Shown: in pieces, positions 23,025 through 35,533 of the stretch
Numbering within the stretch: position 1 is the stretch's first letter
Layout: every line of letters starts with the position of its first letter
Position numbers and translations under genes: made by a program
Assembly: GCA_965240325.2 (NCBI GenBank)
Contig: OZ251224.1
Location: forward strand, 4,278,001 to 4,342,000
Length of the DNA stretch: 64,000 nucleotides
Direction of reading: 5' to 3'
From: Rebecca billardiae RCC1528
Taxonomy: Eukaryota > Protista > Haptophyta
The notes under the pieces: generated by a model
Seen by the model: only the letters and a program-made list of their open reading frames with translations
Database searches by the model: none
What the model was told of the DNA's origin: nothing

Positions 23025-23876
23025 ATGAGAGCGCTGTCGGCACCGGCTCGCGCCATCTTCCTGCACATGAGCGCGGCAGTTGGCGCCGCGGCGAGCACCA
23101 CGGCGCGTTCGGGCGTCTCCATCAGGCAGTTCCCCTGCCGCTCGGACAACTATGGCTTCCTGTTGCGCGATGAAGCGAGCGGACTCACCGCCGCCATCGA
23201 CACGCCTGACGCCGGCGCCGTCGTCAAGGTGTGCGAAGCGGCGGGATGGACGCTGACGCACGTGCTGAACACGCACCATCACGCAGACCACACCGGCGGC
23301 AACAACGAGCTCAAGAGCCGCTACGGCTGCGAGATCATCGGGTGCGACGCCGACCGGCGCAGGATTCCAGGCATCGATCGCGGCGTCTCCGCGGGCGACG
23401 AGTTCAAGCTCGGCTCCACGTCCGTGCACGTGCTCGACGTGTCGGGGCACACGATCGGGCACATCGCGTACCACCTGCCCGAGGAGCGCATCGTGTTCGT
23501 CGGCGACTCCCTGTTCGCGCTCGGCTGCGGGCGGCTCTTCGAGGGCACGCCCGAGATGGCGTGGGCGTCGCTGCAGCGGCTCGCGGCGCTGCCGGCGGAG
23601 ACGGCCGTGTTCTGCGCGCACGAGTACACGCAGGCGAACGCCAAGTTTGCGCTCTCCGTCGACCCGAGCAACGCCTCTCTGAAGCAGCGCGCCGCGGAGA
23701 TCGACGCGGCGCGGCGTGATGGGAAGCCCACCGTGCCGACCACCATCCGCGCCGAGCTCGAGACCAACCCGTTCCTGCGCGCGCAGAGCGCGGCGATCCG
23801 CGAGCTCCTCGGCATGCGCGAGTCGAGCGACGTGGACGTCTTCGCGGAGATTCGCAGGCGCAAGGACGCTTTTTGA
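23025..23876 (+). CDS. gloB: Hydroxyacylglutathione hydrolase (glyoxalase II)
   Basis: DNYGFL, THHHADHTGG, GHTIGHI, GDSLFALGCGRLFEG, CAHEYT, TNPFLR, RRRKDAF; short N-terminal presequence. Confidence 0.95.
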   Translation: MRALSAPARAIFLHMSAAVGAAASTTARSGVSIRQFPCRSDNYGFLLRDEASGLTAAIDTPDAGAVVKVCEAAGWTLTHVLNTHHHADHTGGNNELKSRYGCEIIGCDADRRRIPGIDRGVSAGDEFKLGSTSVHVLDVSGHTIGHIAYHLPEERIVFVGDSLFALGCGRLFEGTPEMAWASLQRLAALPAETAVFCAHEYTQANAKFALSVDPSNASLKQRAAEIDAARRDGKPTVPTTIRAELETNPFLRAQSAAIRELLGMRESSDVDVFAEIRRRKDAF

Positions 23877-24634
23877 TGACGAGGATGAACCGCGATCGTC
23901 GTGCCTGCAGTGCCCGCTGCTGACGGCGGGCCACACTCAGCCGGTGATGATGGGGTGCGGCGTTATTAAAAACCGCATCGGCATCGCCATCATGGGCATC
24001 GGCACGGCGCAAAGCCGCGCTGCACCGATGCCAGTTATTGCCACTCTAGCTCCGACTGCGCGCAAGACTGCTGATGATGGCGGCGTAGTATATTTTGCTT
24101 GGCGGGGCGATTATTGGCCCGCGCGTGCTGATGACGAGATCGAGTCGTAGTCATGACTCATGCGCGATATTCATATATGCAGCCAGTCGACGTCGTCGCC
24201 CTGGACGTCTCGCGTCCGGGCAGTGCCAACGGTCCCAACGGTGGGCGAGTGGCCCGGTGCAGTGCGGCGCCGGTGACTCCGACTTGGGTCTCGACGGGCG
24301 GCTGCGCACCCTGGCAGCAGCCGCGTGAGCTGAGTCGCTGGCCCCCGTGGCCGCCGTCGTCCGGCCGCGCTGCGAGAGGAGGCAGGCTCCTCAGAGTCGC
24401 GTCCGCGCCACCGGGCTCCGGGCCTGGCACCTGCTCGGAGTCGGCCTGGTGACGAGCCGGACGGCGAGAACCGCGGCTCAGCAAGACAGGCCGCCTCAGA
24501 CAGCCGCATCGAGCTGCACGTGCCCAGGCACTCGTCCGCGCGAGGCGGCAGGTGCGTGACACCGTGACGCGCATCTACGCGCGCCGGCAGGCGCAGCGCA
24601 GGCCCCCGCATGCGCTGGGCTGGCGTGTCCCGCC

Positions 24635-25995
24635 TCATCCCTCGCGCCCGGCGTGCTGCTCAAAGTTGGTGCGGTCGTACACGGGCGCCCAGTCGCGGTC
24701 GTCGAGCATGCGCTTGAGCTCGTTGGTGCCGACGGAGGCCATGTTCCGCTCGTTGACCGCGTACACCGAGCCCGTCGGGATCCCCTTTTGCGCGGCGCGC
24801 ACCTGCGGCGTGCGCAGCAGATTGATCATGGGGAACGGGCTGCGGCGCGCGAAGTTGGCGGCCTCGTCGTCGCCGCCCGCGCGCGCCTTGCCGTCGCGGA
24901 ACGTGTACTCGGGGTGGAAGAAGACCAGCTGGATCTCGCTCTCCACGCCCAGCAGCGAGAGCGCCTCGTTGAGCGTGTCCGCGAGCGCGTCAAACCCGCC
25001 GGCCGAGTGCAGGCAGAACTCGGGCGTGAGCAGCAGGACGGTGGAGAGCGTGCGCTCGTCGGTCTGCCCGGGGGGCGGCGGCGCGGCGCGGCGGCGGCGC
25101 GCTGAGAGGCGCGCGCGGCGCGTGCGCGCGAGCCGCGCGCGCGAGCCGCGCGCGCGAGCCGCGCGGCCGCGCGCACGTCGAGCAGCCGCTCGACCTGCGC
25201 CCAGAACTCCAGGTAGATGGCATCGGCGGTGGCCTCGCGCGTGATTGGGTACTCGACGCCGCCAGGGGGCAGGCCGGCGCGGTCGGCGGTGGAGGAGAAG
25301 GGGCAGACGCCCATGTGGCAGATCACCGCCTCGACCCACTTGCGCGTCTCCTTGAGCACCTCCTCGTCGCTCGCCGGCCCCGCCTCGCCCTCCTCCACGC
25401 CCAGCTCGGCGCCAAAGTCGTCGGGGAAGTCGTCCCAGAACGCGTCGTCGTCCGCGTTGAAGCCGTACCCGTCGCCCGACGGCTTGCGGAGGAGGAGGAT
25501 GGGGCACGGCGCGGGGGGCTCGCCCTCGGGCTCGTTGGCCGGGTGGCGCGTCGCGACGAACACGTCCTGCCCGAGCGTCTCGCACACCTCCGAGCACGTG
25601 TTGATGTGGTGCACGAGCTTGGCGAACAGCGCCTTGTCCGCGCTCAGCGCGGGGAAGGCGAGCGCGCGCTCGTCGAAGGGGCTGTCCGAGGTGGTGCACA
25701 CCTGGGCCCAGAAGTCGGCGAGCGCGCCGATCATGTCGACCGCCGCGCTCATCTGCAGGGGCGTCGAGTCGCGCCCTGTCGCCTGCAGCCACAGGTCGAG
25801 CGCCTCTGCTGTCGCCGGCGCGCCATCATCCATCCGCACACACGCCGCCGAGGCGCGCTTTACCGACCTCGCCGCCGGCATGGCAGCGCGCCCATGCGGG
25901 CCTCGCGCGAGCGTGCGCAGTGCCGAGCCACGCACGCCCGACGCTGGGCTCACCGCCGCGAGCAGCGCCACCGCCGTCCACGTTGCCGTCGTCAT
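24635..25995 (-). CDS. DUF1415 family protein with signal/transit leader, 2 exons
   Basis: WVEAVICHMGVCPF, QLVFFHPEY, NFARRSPFPMINLLR; intron 25176-25064. Confidence 0.8.
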
Positions 25996-26244
25996 GGCTC
26001 CTTCTCGCCGGCCGAAATCGCCTTGAGCCCGGCCCACGCGGCAGCGCGTCGGCCGGCGGCGGAGCCTGCCCGCCGCGCGGGCGGCCGGAACCACTGCGTT
26101 TGGGGCCGGACCTGCTCATGCAACCGTCCGCAAAGGGCGCTGGGCGGTACGAGGTCTAAAGTCTGGCACTCAGTCTCAGCCGCAAGGGCCGTGACTCCGA
26201 CGGCGCCATCGTCTGTGCTCCAGTCAGCCGATGGACGAAGAATG

Positions 26245-26915
26245 CTACACCCGGCCGCGACCCCGCCCGCGGCCACGGCCGCTGCCGGGGCTGGCACCGC
26301 GGCCGCGGCCATACCCATGGCCGCCGCGCCCACGCGCAGCATGCCGCCCCGCATGCCCGCGCCCTCCACCTCTGTCCGCACCCCGCCCAGCTCCTGCCAC
26401 CTGTGCGCTGGGCGAGCCCGCAGCACCCTCGGCCTGCAACGAGTTGGCGATGTGCATCTCTATCGTCTTGAACGGGTCCGCCTGGAAGGCTGGGTGCGCC
26501 ATCACCGCGGCAAAGCGCTGCGTCTCTGCCTGGATCACCTTGTCGCGCGCTCGCGCACTCAGCGGGCCCTTGCTTCCGCCGCCAGCGGGGGCGCGCTTGG
26601 CACCGACGTCCTGGAGCGAATCGGCGAGTGTGCCTACGCTGCCCAGCGCGCCCGCACCGACCTCCTTCTTCCGCTTCGTCTTTGCTGCTTTCTTCACACC
26701 ATCGGCTCCTCGTGGTGCGCTCGCCGCCGCCTCTGCGTGCGGCAGGCGTGGGCGTGGGGGGGGGAAAGGGGCCATGGTGAGGGGCGACTGCGATGGCACG
26801 CGAGCATATGCGGTGTACGCGCACGCGCGTGCCCACGCGCGCGGCCTCGCGACGGCGCCGCACTCTGCAGGAGGGCTTTTCGCTTCTCTGTGGATGTCTT
26901 GCCTGGCTTCACCAT
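26245..26915 (-). CDS. SLX9/FAM207A-like ribosome biogenesis protein with RG-rich tail
   Basis: ETQRFAAVMAHPAFQADPFKTIEMHIANSL matches the SLX9 C-terminal signature. Probable exon 1 is MVKPGKTSTEKRKALLQ with intron 26863-26733. Confidence 0.7.
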
Positions 26916-27258
26916 CACGCCGCCGCCGCCATCGATCTCGCGATCACGTGGAACTGTGGAATGCCGAGGCGGCACCACGTGCTTTTACTGCTTTCCCAAG
27001 CTTTCCCAAGGGCCTTGGTGGATCTCCAGATCTCGCGCGCAGATCTCACATCAAGATTTCGCCGGATCTCAAATCCCGAGCGGCCGCCGGCCGGTGGTCT
27101 AAAAAAAGCGCCGCCATGCGCGCCGGAGCGCAAGAAAACGCTCGCTCGCTCGTCAGTCGTCATCCAACGCCCGGCTTCACGGGCGTCCCCCAGTCGCCGG
27201 TGAGGGGCGCGACTCGGACGGCGACGCGCGCATCGCCTCTCGCATCCGCCCGCACGGC

Positions 27259-28566
27259 ATGGGGCCGCCGCAGCCTCAGGCGTTGGGCGCGCCGGTCGGC
27301 GCGCTCATGATCGCGCTCGAGGCGCTGCGCCAGTGGTTCGAGGGCCTGCGCGTCACCCGGCCGGCGCGCGAGGCCCGGCGCCGGGCGTTTGTCGAGCGCG
27401 TGGGCAAGGCGGTCGAGACGTTCGCGACGACGATCGTCAACTTCGGCCGGCCGCAGCAGCGGCGCCCGCGCCCGCCGCGCGACATGAACTCGGCCGCGGT
27501 CGAGCGCCCGCGCCGCTGGCGCGTGCGCGTGCACGTGTACCAACTAGTAGGCGACCGCACGCAGCGGCTGTGCAAGAGCGTCGGCGTGGGCGGCGTGTAC
27601 CACACGGGCGTGGAGGTGGGCGGCGTCGAGTACGGGTACGGCTGCCACGACGAGTCGTGCACCGGCGTGTGGAAGCAGCTGCCGAAGCAGCTGCCCCGCG
27701 ACTTTGCGCGCGGGCAGGCGGTGCACACGTCTGTGATCGAGATGGGCGAGGCTGTGCTCACGCAGCGGGAGCTGCAGAACGTGCTGCTGCAGCTGATGGC
27801 CGAGTTCCCGGGGAACGAGTACTCGATCCTGCACCGCAACTGCAACCACTTCACCGTCGAGCTGTGCCAGCGCCTCGTGCACCGCGCGCCGCCGGAGTGG
27901 ATCAACTCGGCCGCGCACAAGGGCGCGGCCGTGCAGCGCGCAGTCGGCGCAGCGTCCTCCACCGTCGCGAGCGTCGCCAACGCCGCCGCGCTGAACAGCC
28001 GGCTGCTGCGCGCGCCGACGAGGCTGCCCGCGCTCTCGAAGCGGATCGTGGCGGTGCAGGGCGTGCGCGCCCGCGCCAGCAGCGCGCGTGCCGTCCGCCG
28101 CGTCTTCGCGCGCGAGCGTGCCGACCTCGCCGGGCCAGAGGCCGGGCCCGAGGGCGGCGCGGCGCGCGACGCGGCCGACGGCTCCGCGAGCGCGCCGCGC
28201 CATCGGCGGATTCGCTCGGTGGGTGGGCTGCGAGAGCGCGTGCGCGCGCTGCGCCGGCCGAGCAGCGAGGTGGGCGTCGTCGCTCGCGGCACGGGCTCGA
28301 GCGCCACCGCGCCACGTGGCGGTGCCGGCGCTCCGCCACGGCCGGCTCGTGCGGCGTCTGCGTCGGCAGCCACCGCACCGCCGGCGGTGGCGGCGCGAGG
28401 CGACGCCGACGACGGCGAGTGCGACGCCAAGCAGCTCGCGCTGGCGCGCGCGCGCTCGGCTCCGCAGCCGCCTTGGACCGACGGCGACACGCGGCCCGAG
28501 ACGGCCGAGATCGTGGCGGAGCGATACCGGCACGTCCATCACGACGAGGTGCTGCTGGACGCCTAG
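27259..28566 (+). CDS. PPPDE/DeSI (peptidase C97) deubiquitinase/deSUMOylase-like protein
   Basis: VHVYQL, GVYHTGVEVGGVEYGYG (catalytic His), YSILHRNCNHF (catalytic Cys), PEWIN. Confidence 0.9.
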   Translation: MGPPQPQALGAPVGALMIALEALRQWFEGLRVTRPAREARRRAFVERVGKAVETFATTIVNFGRPQQRRPRPPRDMNSAAVERPRRWRVRVHVYQLVGDRTQRLCKSVGVGGVYHTGVEVGGVEYGYGCHDESCTGVWKQLPKQLPRDFARGQAVHTSVIEMGEAVLTQRELQNVLLQLMAEFPGNEYSILHRNCNHFTVELCQRLVHRAPPEWINSAAHKGAAVQRAVGAASSTVASVANAAALNSRLLRAPTRLPALSKRIVAVQGVRARASSARAVRRVFARERADLAGPEAGPEGGAARDAADGSASAPRHRRIRSVGGLRERVRALRRPSSEVGVVARGTGSSATAPRGGAGAPPRPARAASASAATAPPAVAARGDADDGECDAKQLALARARSAPQPPWTDGDTRPETAEIVAERYRHVHHDEVLLDA

Positions 28567-28799
28567 CGCGGCGCAGCGGCTAGTCGCGCCGCTCTCGGCT
28601 CTGTCCAGCGACCAGCCCATCGCCGGGGCCAAAATGAGCATGCATGCATATTATATGGCAAAGTCGGCTGTAGCAAATACAATCGTGCGGAATGGCGGGA
28701 AAGTATGGCGGCGTGGATCCGAGCACGGACGGGTGCGCGCGCACGGTCGCTCGGCAGCCAAGCGGCAAGCGTCCAGCGTTGGAAGTAGGCGCCGTGACG

Positions 28800-31700
28800 A
28801 TGGAGCGGGCCGCCTTCCTCTCCGCGCTCGTCCTCGCGCTCGGGCCGGGTGCAGCGCGGGCGGCGTGCACGCTCGATCTGAACATCGTGCCAGAGCTCTC
28901 GATGCTGGAGATTGGCGGCGTCCTCTCCAAGGTCATCGACATCGAGCTGCAGGGCGAGCCCCCGCGCGTTGACGGTGCGTGCGCTCCGTTGCGCGCGCGC
29001 GCGCACGCGCGGCGGCGCACGGTGCGCGCCCTGGCCGTGCCCGGCGTCTGAGCGGGCGCGAGCGCTCGCCCAACCGCTTGGATTCGCCCAGGCACCATCG
29101 TCGTCTCGACCGAGGGCCCGTGCCCGGCCACTGCCGACGATTGGAACGGTGTGGATGATGTGCTGATCTCGGCCAAGAACCTCACGCTGGTGCCGCCCAA
29201 CGTGGAGCTCAAGGCGGCGGTGGTGAAGATCCTGCTCACGGACGGGAGCCTCGCGTTCGGGGCGACGCCTGCCACGCACCGCGCCGCCGAGGGCATCCGC
29301 ATCATGCCCGACGTCACCATCACCTCGGGCATTGCGCACATTGGGCACGAGGCGTTCGACCTGGGCGGCTCGCACGCGCGCGCGGACGCGAACGGCACGT
29401 TCGTCGAGGACGCGTCGGGGAACGGCGGGGTCGAGCTGCAGCTCTCGCGCGTCGCCGCGTCCTTTAGCGTGGAGACCGAGAAGATCAAGGACAGCTCCGT
29501 CGCCATCACGGTGCGGCCGGCGAGCAGTGCGCCGCGCCGCTGCCGCGCGAGCGCCGGGCGACCGCCACTCACCGCCCGCGCGCGCCGGCCCGCGCTGCGG
29601 CGCGCCGCGCCGCGCAGGGCTCGCTCGTCGCGCGCCAGCCCGTGTGCGACCCGCCCTGCGGGCGGCACGGCACGTGCGTCATCGGCCGGCCGTTCGAGCC
29701 GCCCGTGTGCGCGTGCACCAAGTGCAACTTTGTGGGGCCGACGTGCGAGCAGTACGCGCCGCTGCGGCTCAGCACCGCCGAGCCCGCGCACGCGGAGTAC
29801 GGCAAGGAGCTGCGCGTGACGATCGTGGGGCGGAAGCTGGGCACGCTCGCGTCGATGCCACCCCCCTTGCCCGCCGAGGGCGGCCCGCCCTTCCACGTGC
29901 GCACCACCGACGGCTCCAACTGCACCGGGCTTGTCGTGCTGAACGAGACGGCGGTCGCGTGCACGCTGCCGCCGCAGCTGCCGGGCACCGAGATCCGGTT
30001 CGACGTGGAGCGGGGCTGCGCGACGGCGCCCTTCTCGCCGGGCGCGGTGGTGCAGGTGCGCGGCTGCGGCCGGCCCGAGGACCTCGTGTGCGGCCTCAAC
30101 CAGGTCGCGAGCGAGGACGGCTGCACGTGCGGCTGCGCGGCCGGCTGGCAGGGCAAGCTGTGCACCGCGTGCGCCACCGACCGCGCGTGCGCCGCGCTGC
30201 TCCCGGACTCGGCGCCGGCGAGCGCGGGCGGCGCGGGCGGCGGGTCGGAGGGCGGCGGCGCGGGCGACGCGAGCGAGCCGCTGCAGTGCACCGTCGACGA
30301 CTTCGCCTTCCACGCCGGCACGGTCTCGAAGGCGCTCGCGTGCGCCCTGCAGCAGCTCCCGGACGGCATCGAGCCGCTCGTCATCTCGCTCGTGTGCGGC
30401 CGCAGCCCGGGGGAGCGGGAGGGGACGTGCCGGCTGCTCGTCGCGCCGGAGGACGACGAGGACCGCGCGAACATCGGCGCGGAGGGCGGCCCGCTCGAGT
30501 GCACCGCCGTCGGCTGCACCTTCGACGAGAGCGAGGCGCACGGCAAGTGCCGAGACGTGACGTGTGACCTCGGCATGTATGACGGGGCAATCCGCGCGGT
30601 GATGCCCGACCTCGTGATCGGCGGGACGGTGGAGCTGACGTGCGAGGAGAAGGAGGAGGACGCGACGCACGCGATCTGCTTCGTCGACCTCGACATCCTG
30701 CCCGTCGACCTGATGGCCGAGTGCCGCACCTCCGACTGCGTCAACACCGCGCAGATGTCGGCGGAGCACGCGGCCGGCATGCGCGTCGGCGTCGTGATCG
30801 CGGCGCTCTGCGGCGTGTGCGCCGCGATGCTGCTGCTCGGCGCGGCGGCGTTCGTCTTCGTGCGGTACACGCGGATGTCGGCGGCGGACGAGTACAGCAT
30901 GGCCTCCGCCACCGCCTTCGCCCGCGAGTCCGCGTCGCACACGCTGCTGCCCGACGACCTCAACTCGATGCCGCGCGTCGGCACGCTCGCCTTCCGAGAC
31001 GTGCGCGTGAGCGTAGCGTCCGGCCGGCAGATTGTGTGCGGCGCGAGCGGCGCGGCGCGCGCGGGCGAGGTGTACGGCGTGATCGGCGCGAGCGGCTCGG
31101 GGAAGACGACGCTGCTCGACGCGATCGCCGGCGTGATGGCCCCCGGCGCCAGCCGCACGGGCGACGTGCTCGTCGACGGGCACGCGATCCCGAAGGCGGG
31201 CGTGCGTCTGCCCGCGCTCGTGGGGTACGTGCGGCAGGAGGACAACCTCAGCATGACGCTCACGCCGAGGGAGTGCGTCTCGTTCGCCGCGGCGCTGACG
31301 CTGCCGCTCGAGGCGAGCGCGGCGACGAGGCTCGGCGTCGTCGACGCCACGCTCTCCTCCCTCGGCCTCGCGCACATCGCCAACACGCGCCTCGGCGGCT
31401 CGGCGGCGGCGCTGCAGCGCGTGTCGGGCGGCGAGAGGCGGCGCGTGGCGATTGCCATGTCGATGGTGTCGTCGCCGCGCGTGCTGCTGCTCGACGAGCC
31501 GACGTCGGGGCTGGACAGCTCGTCGGCGCACCGGCTGGTGAGCACGCTGCGCCAGCTCGCCGCGCAGGACCGCGTCGTCATGCTCTCCATCCACCAGCCC
31601 GCCCAGCGCACCTTCGAGCTGCTGCACAGCGCGCTGCTGATGCACGCGGGCTCGCCCGTGTGCGTCGGCCAGATCGCCGAGCTGCGCGCGCTGTGCGCGA

Positions 31701-33179
31701 GCGCGGCGGTGCCGTGCCCGGCCGGGTACAACCTGGCGGACCACCTGCTCGACGTGACGGCGGACGACGGCGCCGTCGCGCGGCTGCGCGCCGCCTGCGC
31801 CGCGCCGCTCAGCCCGGGCTCGCAGCCCGCGCTGCCGCCGCACGTGGCCGAGCCGCCGTGGCAGGCGGTCGAGCGCACGCGCGGCTGGCGCGGCTCTGCG
31901 CTGCAGCTGGGCGCCGAGCTGCGCGCGCTGTACTGGCGGATCGGGATCAACGTACTGCGCCACCCCGCGCTGCTCCGGCTGCACATGCTCGTCGTGATCT
32001 CGCTCGGCGTCGCCGTCGGCCTCGTCTTCCACGGCGTGGGCAACAACCTCGCCTCGTTCCAGAACCGCTCGGGCGCGTGCTTCTTTGTGCTCGCGCTCTT
32101 TGGGTTCTCGGGGCTGTCTGCGATGGAGGTGTTCATCTCGGAGCAGGAGCTGATGCTGCGCGAGCTGCAGGCGGGGTACTACCGGCTCTCGGCCTTCTTC
32201 GTCGCCAAGATCTCCGTCGACGCGCTGCTGCTGCGCGCGCTCCCCGCGCTCCTCTTCTCGGTGCGAGCGCGCGCGCACCACTGCCGCGGCCAAGCGCGCG
32301 CGCGCGCGCGCGCGCCGCGCGCTCAGCGTGCGCGCCGCGGCGCCGCCTGCGCGCGCCGCGCGCAGATGCTCTTCTACCCGATGATGGGGCTGCGGCCGGA
32401 GATGGCGCGCTTCGGCACGTTCGTCGGCACGTGCGTGCTCGTCAACATGGCCAGCGGGCTGCTGTGCGCCGCCATCGGGTGCGCGCGCCGGCGCGGCAGA
32501 CACGACGCGCGCGCGCGCCTCCGCGCGCCCTCGTGTGGCCGGCAGTCAGTCGTCTGGCCGCTCACGCGCCGGCCGCGCGCCGCGCCGCGCCGCCGCCGCT
32601 GGGTGCAGCGTGCTCTTCGACTCGCTCGGCGCGGCCAACCTGGCGGCGACGATCCTGATGCTGATGCTGCTGCTGATGAACGGCGCGCTCGTCAACCTGC
32701 GCGAGGTCGGCGCCACACTGCAGACGCTGCAGTCGCTCTCCTTCTTCCGGTACGGCTTTGAGGCGCTGCTCACCAATGAGCTCGAGAAGACGGTCGTGAT
32801 GGTGGACGCGCCCGGCATCGTGCCCATCCCGGTCAAGTCGCACGTGTTCCTCGAGGTGCTCGGGATGGACGCGGCGCACATCCCGCGCGACACGCGCGTG
32901 CTGCTGCTCTTCTGCGTCGCGCACGCCACGCTCGCCGCCGCGCTGCTGTACGCCAAGGCGAGCACGTGGCGGCCGCGCTGGCTGTACCAGAGCTGGCTGC
33001 CGGCCGCGTGGCGCCGCACGGCGCCGGCCAAGCCGGCGGTGCACACCAACGGCGGCGGCGGCGCGCACGAGCCGGAGGCGGGCACGCCGCCCCCGCCGGC
33101 GGGGCGCCCCGCGGGGCGCGCGGCCAAGAGTGGCGCCGCCAACGGCGATGGTGAGGGCAGCGCGTCTGAGCTGCTGTGA
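28800..33179 (+). CDS. ABCG half-transporter, ADP1-type, with a long Cys-rich N-terminal ectodomain, 5 exons
   Basis: Signal peptide; EGF-like motifs; TM helix; Walker A GASGSGKTT; signature VSGGERRRV; Walker B LLLDEPTSGLD; SIHQP; ABC2 TMD. Introns 28975-29091, 29511-29617, 32261-32365, 32479-32608. Confidence 0.92.
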
Positions 33180-33655
33180 TCCGATCGAGTGCAGGCAGTG
33201 CAGCGGCACGTTGGGCCGTGGCCGAGCCGGTGCCGCCGCCCCGTGCCGCGTGCCGCGCGTGCGCGCGTGTCTGATAGACTACTCTCGCGACACTCGTCCG
33301 GCCGACGATGACTGCTGTGAGTCTGTCATCACAGTCTCGAGGGAGCGCGGTGGCCGAGACCGTATCATGTCATCGTCAGCAGTTATTTTATCATTATACG
33401 CGCGGAGTGGGCGCCGCTGATGAAGTGATGATGCCACGACGCTTGCCAGCGGCAGCATCGAACGCCGGTCCAACGGAAGCGGGAAGGCGTCAGCACTCAC
33501 AGCAGCAGGGGCGCGGGCCGGCCTGACTGGCAGGCTGGGCAGTGACCATCCGAGCGTCGTTGCCACGTCTCCTCAGACGCGCGCCACGTCGGATCTGCCG
33601 GGGCTGGGCGCGCTGACGAGCGCCATGCGGTGCATGCAGGGCTCGTCGCTCGGCG

Positions 33656-33875
33656 TCAGGACGCGATCGGCTCGCGGCACACGGAGGCGGGGCGGCACAC
33701 GGGCGCTGCCTGCATGCCAAGGGCGTGGGTCGACGCCGCTGAGGCGGAGACGGCGTCGGCCATGGAGCTCAGCAGCTCGGTCGCCATGCTCTCGGCGCGC
33801 GCGTCAGCTGCTGCACTGCTCGCGTCTGTTCTGGGGCCACGTGCGTCGGCCGCGCCGCTGAAGCCGTCAGCATCT

Positions 33876-33912
<37 letters not shown>

Positions 33913-35043
33913 ATGCCTCAGGGCCGGGCGGAGGGCCGTTCCCGCCCGCGTCCGCCTCTGCCGTCGCCGACTGCGTCTGCTCGAGAGACAGCCGAATGGC
34001 CTCGAGCAGCATGAGCTCCTCCACGTCCTCCGCCTCCGCGTGCGTCCACCCCGCCATCGAACCCGAGAGCGCGGCGGTGCCCACCAGGCCCTCAATCGTG
34101 CGCGGCGGCGGGCGCGCGGGCGGCGGCGGCGGCAGCGAGGACACCGCGTGGGACGAGTCGACGGAGGCGGCGAGCTGCGCCTCCTGCGCCCTGCGCCAGC
34201 GCTCGGCGTACTCGTCGCTCTCGTCGGCGCCGTGGTCGAGGCTGATCGGCGGCGCGTGCCCCGGCGTGCTCACCGCCAGCATCAGCGGCGAGGCCACCTC
34301 GGCGGAGGCGAGGAGCTCCGCGGCGCGCGGCGACATGGCGAGCAGCTCCGGCGAGGGCAGCGGCGTGCTCAGCCGTGGCGACGCGGATGGCGAGGAGGAG
34401 GCGCGGCACGAGCTGGAGGCGGAGGAGCAGGCGGCGTCGCGCGCCTCGCGCTCCCGCTCCGCGCCGCTCGAGGCGAGCGCCTCCTTGAGCATCCGGATCT
34501 GCACCTCCACGAGCGCCTCGCGCTGCGCGAGCTCCTCCGCCACCTCCGCCTCCGAGCGCGGGCCGACGTACGCGAGCCCGAGCCGCTTCTTCTTGCAGTA
34601 CGGGCAGGCCGTCGCGCTGCACTTCTTCTCGGGGGCGATCTGCAGGTAGCACTCTACGCTCGGGACGGGGCGGGCGGCGTGGTTGCGCCGGCACGGACGG
34701 GCGCCGCGAGGGGGCGGGCTGTGATCAGACGCCGTGGGCGCGGCCGGCTGGGCGGCGCCGAGTGCCGCAGCGCCGCGCGGACGCGCGCACCGGTGCAGAT
34801 GGACTTGCGGCAGCAGGTGGTGCGGTTCATGGCGGGGTAGAAGTACATGCAGATCGGGCACTCCTCCAGCGTCGCGTCTTGGTTGTCCGACTCCGCCCCA
34901 ACAAAGCACGGAGCAAGCCGGCGCTCGTTGATGAGTCTCCGCACGCGGTGCTCGTCCCACGTGCAGCTAGGGTAGAGCCCGCGCACTTTGGTGAGCTCGG
35001 GGTCGAGCGGCTCGCGCGGCGGCCGCGGGAGCTTGTTCCCCAT
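33656..35043 (-). CDS. GW2/DA2/Sip5-like RING E3 ligase, 2 exons
   Basis: MG N-terminus; GLY..C.WD...VRRLI..RRLAPCF; ECPICMYFYPAMNRTTCCRKSICT|ECYLQ...CPYC (intron 34790-34654); UIM-like ELMLLEAIRLSL. Confidence 0.88.
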
Positions 35044-35533
35044 GCGGCTCGGCTGAATGCGCGCGCGCGGGGGTGCCCGGCCTGAAGGGACACGTCCGCG
35101 CGGTGGTTGTAACCCTTCCGGCGAGCGTTCAGCGCGGTTTGGCGCCCTTTCGGGAGGGGGTTGGGAGCTCTTGGACGGGTAAATCGAGCGTATTTGTCGG
35201 GCTGTCGTTTAGTTGCGTGAATGTGGCGACGAATCCGGGCAAGTGCTGAGCGTTGGTTGCTCACTCATCAGGGCGAAATCAATGCGGCATCAGCGCTGCA
35301 AACTTGATCACCAGCTTGATGAATACGATACCGTAGTGATGATCAACCCTTATTTGCACCTCGCAGTCTGAGATCGCGTGCTCCGTATTGATGGCGAAAA
35401 ACAAATGCGACGAATACCGTAAGCGAAGTAGCGAACTGGTCCTTTGGTGGAACAGGGGTGCGCGGGAAAGCTGGAAAGCTACTGGAATCAATTCCATTTT
35501 CAGCAGGGGCAGACGGCAGTCCTTTCCAATGGC

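Noticed and set aside
28580-32503. 1307-aa minus-strand ORF and many other long Arg/Ala/Gly-rich ORFs overlapping real genes
   Set aside because: Shadow ORFs caused by stop-codon scarcity at very high GC. They have no motifs and lie antisense or out of frame to well-supported genes.
35270-35530. Possible ncRNA (gtgatga...ctga box C/D-like pair at ~35337-35370)
   Set aside because: The boxes are too close together, with no terminal stem or recognisable rRNA guide; no match to snRNAs I know.
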